31,154 nucleotides of DNA from Candidatus Hydrothermarchaeales archaeon (lineage in GTDB: Archaea; Hydrothermarchaeota; Hydrothermarchaeia; Hydrothermarchaeales; SZUA-236): assembly GCA_046759365.1 (NCBI GenBank), contig JBHICB010000001.1, positions 1-31,154 on the forward strand, read 5' to 3'. A program made the position numbers and the translations under genes. The notes beneath the pieces were generated by a model. The model had not been told where the DNA came from. It searched no databases and was given only the letters and a program-made list of their open reading frames with translations. This document shows positions 25,943 through 31,154 of the stretch, piece by piece. The number at the start of each line of letters is the position of its first letter. The stretch's first letter is position 1.

Positions 25943-26023
25943 TTAACAAAAAAGGTAATAATGAATTAAAAAACGGATGTCGCCGTCATCATCAACTACC
26001 CAAATCTTGTCCCTAGTGTTCAT
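25943..26023 (-). pseudogene. Truncated receiver-domain gene (first strand and helix only)
   Basis: MNTRDKIWVVDDDGDIRFLIHYYLFC*, matching the REC N-terminus hhhVDDDxxIRxLhxxYL. Confidence 0.65.
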
Positions 26024-26150
26024 ATTTTAAAAAAAAGCATGCTTTGGAATATCAAATCTTGTTCAAAAAAAAATTGAAAAGAACATCAGTCCATGGTAGG
26101 GCCAGATTCTAGGTGAAAAAATACTTAACCTAAAAAAATAATTCGAGGCC

Positions 26151-26915
26151 ATGGCAAATCTGAAGGCATATGGCCTAAAACTTCCCCTGATAAAAAGGGG
26201 AGCTGACGTCCCTGAATTAATCCTTGAATCTCTCAAAAAAGAAGGCCTGAAATTAGACGATGATGATGTAATTGTAGTCACAGAAAAGATCGTCTCAAAG
26301 TCCGAAGGAAGAATAATTGATCTAAACACTTTGATACCGTCAAGAAAAGCCAAAAGAATAGCAAAAAAGACAGGTAAAGACCCACGATTGGTGGAGCTAA
26401 TCCTTCAAGAATCCAAAGAGATCATAAAAATAGGGGAAAACTTCATCATAACCGAGACCAAACACGGTCAGATCTGCGCTAACGCAGGAATCGATTCAAG
26501 CAATATTAAGGAAGGCAAAGTCAAAATATTGCCAGAAAACCCGGACAAAACCGCTTCAGAAATCAGGAAAATCATAAGGGAAAAAATAGGAAAAGACACA
26601 GGTGTAATAATCTCAGATTCGTTTGGCCGACCGTTTAGATACGGCTCTATCGGAGCGGCAATAGGCGCTTCAGGGATCAACGTCTTATGGGACAGAAGGG
26701 GTGAAAAAGACCTTTATGGTAAAACACTTGAGACAACGCGGGTCTCTGTGGGAGATTGCTTGGCCTCACTTGCAAACCTGGTTTCAGGCGATGCAGATGA
26801 AAAGACGCCTGTGGTTTTAATAAAAGGTGGCAATTTTAGAGGCGAGGGAAAAGCCTCTGACCTTTTAAGAGAAAAAGAGAAAGATATTTTCAGACCCTGG
26901 GGAGAATCCTTGTGA
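26151..26915 (+). CDS. cofE: Coenzyme F420-0:L-glutamate ligase
   Basis: VVTEKIVSKSEG, ICANAGIDSSN, IISDSFGRPFR, GDADEKTP. Confidence 0.94.
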   Translation: MANLKAYGLKLPLIKRGADVPELILESLKKEGLKLDDDDVIVVTEKIVSKSEGRIIDLNTLIPSRKAKRIAKKTGKDPRLVELILQESKEIIKIGENFIITETKHGQICANAGIDSSNIKEGKVKILPENPDKTASEIRKIIREKIGKDTGVIISDSFGRPFRYGSIGAAIGASGINVLWDRRGEKDLYGKTLETTRVSVGDCLASLANLVSGDADEKTPVVLIKGGNFRGEGKASDLLREKEKDIFRPWGESL

Positions 26916-27841
26916 TCACCATATTGTCAGGAGGAACTGGAACACCGAAACTTCTCCAAGGAATAAAAGAAGTAGTAAATAATGAAGATATAACCGTAAT
27001 TGTCAATACAGCCGAGGACAAATGGCTAAGCCATGGCTACTTCTCTCCAGACATCGACACAGTCCTTTATACTTTAGCAGACAAAATCGATGATTCTTAT
27101 TGGTACGGCATTAAAGGAGATACCTTCAAAACTCATGAAACCCTCAGGAAACTCGGTTATAACGAAGTGTTTAAAATCGGAGATATGGACAGGGCCGTAC
27201 ATATTCAAAGAGGCAAATTGATCAAAGATGGACTGAGTTTATCTGAAGCAATTGACATTCAAAGAAAAGCGCTAGGAGTTAAAGCCAGAGTCATGCCCAT
27301 GACAGATGCCCGAGTGGAAACTGTTGTAAAGACCCTAAAAAAAGATATGGATTTCCATGAATTCTGGGTTGCCAATAAAGGAGAGCTGGAAGTATTGGAT
27401 GTAAATTATAAGGGAATCTCAAAGGCCCTTCCTTTCAATGGCGCAATTGGCGCCATAAAAAAGGCAGATAGAATAATAATAGGTCCCAGCAATCCAATTA
27501 CAAGCATCCTGCCGATACTATCTTTGAAGGGAATGCCTCAAGAGTTAAAGAGAAAAAAGAACAGATGCATCGCCGTTTCTCCCATAATTGGGGACAGACC
27601 TTTAAGTGGACCTGCAGGAAAACTTATGACGGCCAAAGGATATGGCACAAACTCGGTCAATGTGGCCAAGATCTATAAAGGACTGATAACAAAATTTGTT
27701 ATTGACAACCTGGAAAAAGACAGTATATTAGAACAAATAAACAAATTAGAAATCGAATGTCTCAAAACAAATACAATAATGGATTCATTAGAGGATAAGA
27801 TTAAATTAGCAAAGTTTTTGATAAAATTGAATTTAAATTAA
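26912..27841 (+). CDS. cofD: 2-phospho-L-lactate transferase
   Basis: LSGGTGTPKL, VNTAED, PDIDTVLY, IGDMDRA, GPSNPITSI, VSPIIG. GTG start. Confidence 0.94.
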   Translation: MITILSGGTGTPKLLQGIKEVVNNEDITVIVNTAEDKWLSHGYFSPDIDTVLYTLADKIDDSYWYGIKGDTFKTHETLRKLGYNEVFKIGDMDRAVHIQRGKLIKDGLSLSEAIDIQRKALGVKARVMPMTDARVETVVKTLKKDMDFHEFWVANKGELEVLDVNYKGISKALPFNGAIGAIKKADRIIIGPSNPITSILPILSLKGMPQELKRKKNRCIAVSPIIGDRPLSGPAGKLMTAKGYGTNSVNVAKIYKGLITKFVIDNLEKDSILEQINKLEIECLKTNTIMDSLEDKIKLAKFLIKLNLN

Positions 27842-27903
27842 GTTCGTTTAGTTGAAAAACGTATATTATACCAACAAAGGGGTAAAATAAATCTCGTGAG
27901 TCA

Positions 27904-28818
27904 ATGAAGCTCGAAGATATAGCGACATATGCCCAGTTGGCATGTGTTCTAGAAGTTAGCTGCCCAAAGCCAGGGAACGTCAGCCGATATCACGACTTTG
28001 ACGACACAAAATATGAACATTTTCTAGTAAGCGGGATTGCCATAGGAAAAGCAGTGGAAGATGCGACTATTGGGGGGTATAGGGCAGAGAATGGAGAGAT
28101 CGGAATAAATTCTATTGGTTTAGGCTCATTGATAAAGAAAGCGGTGACAGAAAGCAGGGATATTCATTCTGGAGGAAATACTAATCTAGGGATATCGATG
28201 CTTCTAATACCATTGGCAGCGGCGGCAGGTATGACCATGGCCCAGGGCAATTACAGTAATGAGCAGATAAGAGAGAACATCGATAGAGTCGTAAAAAATA
28301 CTACTTGCTCTGATACAGTGGCTTTATACGATGCGATAAAATCTCTTAAACCCAGCTGGCTTGATAAGGTAAAATTTCTCGACATAAACAATGAGCAGTC
28401 GCTGACTACCATTGAAGAACAAAATCTGAGTTTATTTGATGTTATGAATTATTCAAAACAGGATACTATTGCTAAGGAATTGACGACCAAGTTTGAAATC
28501 TCTTTTACGGTGGGTTACCCCAGGATAGTAGAGATTTTTGATGGGACTAACGATATCAATCAAGCAATACTTACTTGTTTTATGACTATATTATCAAAAT
28601 ATGAAGATTCACTGATTGTAAAGAAAAACGGTTATAAGGTAGCCCAAGAAATATCTGCAATTGCAAGAGAAATTTTGGACAATGGATTGGATCCTACAGA
28701 AATCGAAAATTTTGATAAAAAGCTCCGTAACAATGGAAATAGACTTAATCCGGGTACAACCGCAGATTTAGTAACTTCTTCACTAATGATTTCATTTTTA
28801 AATAATTTGAAAATCTAA
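27904..28818 (+). CDS. citG: CitG-family (triphosphoribosyl-dephospho-CoA synthase-like) protein
   Basis: EVSCPKPGNV, NTNLG, NPGTTADL. Confidence 0.88.
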   Translation: MKLEDIATYAQLACVLEVSCPKPGNVSRYHDFDDTKYEHFLVSGIAIGKAVEDATIGGYRAENGEIGINSIGLGSLIKKAVTESRDIHSGGNTNLGISMLLIPLAAAAGMTMAQGNYSNEQIRENIDRVVKNTTCSDTVALYDAIKSLKPSWLDKVKFLDINNEQSLTTIEEQNLSLFDVMNYSKQDTIAKELTTKFEISFTVGYPRIVEIFDGTNDINQAILTCFMTILSKYEDSLIVKKNGYKVAQEISAIAREILDNGLDPTEIENFDKKLRNNGNRLNPGTTADLVTSSLMISFLNNLKI

Positions 28819-29031
28819 TTTTATATAATGGCTGTAGATGACTCTTTATATTATGATATTTAATAAAAAAGTATACATTTAGGCTATTAAATCAATAAAT
28901 TCGCATAATATGTTATTATATCTTGTGATATGCAACATTTTAAGAAAATAAAATATTTTTATCTTCAATCCTTACCTTAGGCTATCTTAAAAGATAAATA
29001 CAAGAGGCTAAATCTATTTGTGAGGCTAGGT

Positions 29032-29652
29032 ATGGGAATTAGAGAAGAAATGGAGAAGTTGGGGTTCAAAGAAGGAGCAATTTCTGAGTGCATTGTGACT
29101 ACATTTAATGAAGATCATACCCCCAATGCCGCTCCTATCGGGGTATTCCTAAAAGATAGAAAAGTCAATATGAAAATACATACGTTTTCAGATACTTACA
29201 GAAACCTTATTAAAAAAAAGTGTTGCATTCTAAACATCGTTTATGACCCATATTTGTTCTTAAAAACAGCCATAACAGGCCAGGGGAAAGGCAAAGAGGA
29301 GCAAGATATAGAAACAAAACAGGTATCTGAAGCAAAATATATAGAAGCTCCTTATTTATCTGATACAAACGCTTATATCGAGCTGAAATTGCTGTCTCAT
29401 GAGGAGGGGGAGACGCATGATCGTCACGGGAAAGCAAAAGTTTCTTTCATCAGTTGCGAGGTTGTATCTATAAATGTATTAAAAGAGTATCCTATGGCAA
29501 TCAATAGGGGTTTATTTGCAGCAATAGAACTTGCCATCCTATTATCAAGAGGGGAGAAGAAAGGAGCAAAACGTTATCTTCAGATAATTAAAAAAACACT
29601 GGCTAACGAAGAATACAATAGAATAGAAAAACTCCTGGAAGGCAGATTATGA
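29032..29652 (+). CDS. DUF447-family protein
   Basis: ECIVTT...PNAAPIG...SDTYRNL...INRG. Start set at ATG 29032. Confidence 0.82.
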   Translation: MGIREEMEKLGFKEGAISECIVTTFNEDHTPNAAPIGVFLKDRKVNMKIHTFSDTYRNLIKKKCCILNIVYDPYLFLKTAITGQGKGKEEQDIETKQVSEAKYIEAPYLSDTNAYIELKLLSHEEGETHDRHGKAKVSFISCEVVSINVLKEYPMAINRGLFAAIELAILLSRGEKKGAKRYLQIIKKTLANEEYNRIEKLLEGRL

Positions 29653-30341
29653 ATATCGCATGGGGCATTACAGGAGCAGGACACCTTATCAAAGAGACCT
29701 TTGATATTATGGGGGAGGCGTCTTTAGATCATAAAGTTACATCCTTTTTGTCAAAAAGTGGCGAGGAAGTGATTAAAGCTTATGGCCTGTGGGATAAACT
29801 TGAAAAGATATCCCCGGGCGGTTATTTGGAGGAGATATTCGCTCCAGAAAAGCAGGGTTCGAGCTCCCCTTCAACTGGTAGGTTTTTTTTAGGTCGATAT
29901 GATATGTTGGTAGTTTCACCTGCTACGACAAATACGGTCTCAAAGATAGTAAACGGAATATCAGATACCCTAGTAACAAACGCTGTCTCTCATGCTGCCA
30001 AAAGCATGGTTGCTGTTTATATTGTCCCAGTAGACAAGGAGGAAAAGATCACTGAAACGGCCCTGCCGCATTACATTGATAAAGAAATATGTGTGAGATG
30101 CTCACCTTGCATTGCCGCCGATAACTGTGAACAAGAAGCTATAATCAACTATTCTATAGATCTACTAAAATGCAATGCATGCGGCAGATGTATGGAATTC
30201 TGTACTTATAACTCCATCATAGGGGGGAAGAAGCTAAGGATGAAAGTAAGGAAAATAGATGCTGAAAATGTGAAAAAACTGAGGCAAATGGAGTTCATCG
30301 AGGTTTTAGACCATCCAAGAGATATATTGAGTGTATTATAA
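29649..30341 (+). CDS. dmrX: Dihydromethanopterin reductase-like flavoprotein (DmrX/AfpA family) with 4Fe-4S motifs
   Basis: MNIAWGITGAGH, PATTNTVSKI..GISDTLV, CVRCSPC...C and CNACGRCMEFC. Confidence 0.85.
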   Translation: MNIAWGITGAGHLIKETFDIMGEASLDHKVTSFLSKSGEEVIKAYGLWDKLEKISPGGYLEEIFAPEKQGSSSPSTGRFFLGRYDMLVVSPATTNTVSKIVNGISDTLVTNAVSHAAKSMVAVYIVPVDKEEKITETALPHYIDKEICVRCSPCIAADNCEQEAIINYSIDLLKCNACGRCMEFCTYNSIIGGKKLRMKVRKIDAENVKKLRQMEFIEVLDHPRDILSVL

Positions 30342-30776
30342 TCAGACCTTTGCCTTTTTATCTTCTACCAATAGATATTCTCTTTGAGCACGAGATCCTT
30401 TCCTCTCCACTACCCCTTGATTATAAAATCTTGCAAGATACGTCGATACTGAACTCAACTTTATATGCTCAGCATAAGCAGCATCGTATTCTCCTTTTAA
30501 CTGCTGGGATCTAACCCAACCCTCTGGATGTTCCCTTTTAAGTAGAATCATAAGCTTGTCTTTTTGGGATAGGCTTTCAAGGTCTAAATCAGTTATCCAT
30601 TCTGGGAGGAATTCAGGTTTAAATTGAGCCTCTGTAGTTTCAAAGGTCTCGTTTCTATAAGCATAGGATATAAATTCATCAATCCTATTCTTTGCCTCTA
30701 CAAAGCTTAGTCCTTCAAATACTATATTTGATTTAGTCTTTTCGTCTTGAACTTCCATCTTGATTTTGATGACCAT
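30342..30776 (-). CDS. Hypothetical protein with a C-terminal winged helix
   Basis: LSSVSTYLARFYNQGVVERKGSRAQREY wHTH pattern. Start at 30776 or GTG 30785. Confidence 0.7.
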   Translation of the reverse strand: MVIKIKMEVQDEKTKSNIVFEGLSFVEAKNRIDEFISYAYRNETFETTEAQFKPEFLPEWITDLDLESLSQKDKLMILLKREHPEGWVRSQQLKGEYDAAYAEHIKLSSVSTYLARFYNQGVVERKGSRAQREYLLVEDKKAKV

Positions 30777-30986
30777 GCTAATCACTTTTTCACTTGTTAT
30801 CTTATACTCATGTTAACATATTATCAAAATAACATATTCACAAATTAAAGCAAAATCTTTATTTTATTCCAGTATATAAACCTTTTTATTAGATAATTAT
30901 AGATTATTGCAATACTTCACTCAAAATAATAACATATACATTATTTTTAGTATTTTTAGCCTTAATATGCCCGATATATGGGAAGA

Positions 30987-31039
30987 TTTATATACTATGT
31001 TGTGAACAAGTTGTTCACTATTCACATATTGTTTGTGAA
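30987..31039 (+). promoter_or_regulatory. Promoter with two inverted repeats upstream of the ftsZ-like gene
   Basis: TTTATATA at 30987-30994; GTGAACAA-G-TTGTTCAC at 31002-31018; TTCACA-N7-TGTGAA at 31021-31039. Confidence 0.65.
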
Positions 31040-31055
31040 ATAGGGGGTAAAGAAA

Positions 31056-31154
31056 ATGGACTTCTTGGTCAAACAAGCAATGGAAAACAACGAAGATGAG
31101 GAGAGAAGGGAAAACAATTTCGACGATGATTTCGGCAAAGCAAAAATACTCGTC
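31056..31154 (+). CDS. ftsZ: Probable cell division protein FtsZ (FtsZ2-like), N-terminus only
   Basis: GGGGGT RBS, then MDFLVKQAMENNEDEERRENNFDDDFGKAKILV. This resembles the leader that precedes the GxGGxG motif of archaeal FtsZ2; the motif itself lies outside the window. Confidence 0.65.
   Translation, partial: MDFLVKQAMENNEDEERRENNFDDDFGKAKILV

Noticed and set aside
28819-29031. AGGCTA four times and short AT-rich inverted repeats between citG and DUF447
   Set aside because: Irregular spacing and short motifs in very AT-rich DNA; not distinguishable from chance by eye.

Overview
Archaeal (euryarchaeal-type) chromosome segment, mostly housekeeping. It carries ATP-dependent DNA ligase, metK, purS-purL-purQ, TBP, a TatD-like hydrolase, Nob1, NAD kinase with an IMPase-family gene, aIF5A with agmatinase, dCMP deaminase with an NMP-kinase-like gene, and HtrA. 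It also has six tRNAs (one with a perfect BHB intron), an F420/methanopterin-linked block (cofE, cofD, citG-like, DUF447, dmrX) and the first 33 codons of a probable ftsZ2. Archaeal origin rests on TBP, aIF5A, Nob1, TATA boxes about 24 nt before leaderless starts, GGTGA RBSs and the BHB intron. The main points of interest are these. (1) A 1.9-kb integrase-less islet sits in the 3' end of initiator tRNA-Met, bounded by a 24-bp att duplication. It holds a wHTH plus degenerate nucleotidyltransferase-fold gene with twin operators around its TATA box, a 19-codon stub of its likely partner, and an MNT-HEPN pair. (2) TBP has a 22-aa DENG-DENG insertion and a 35-bp exact match between its two halves. 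(3) The SAM synthetase is bacterial-type and lies next to an unannotated 56-aa AbrB-like gene. (4) Several pseudogene fragments hide in apparent intergenic gaps. (5) HtrA, a membrane-anchored DUF151 nuclease and a Zn-ribbon/OB-fold membrane protein cluster together. All family assignments come from manual motif recognition; no database searches were run.
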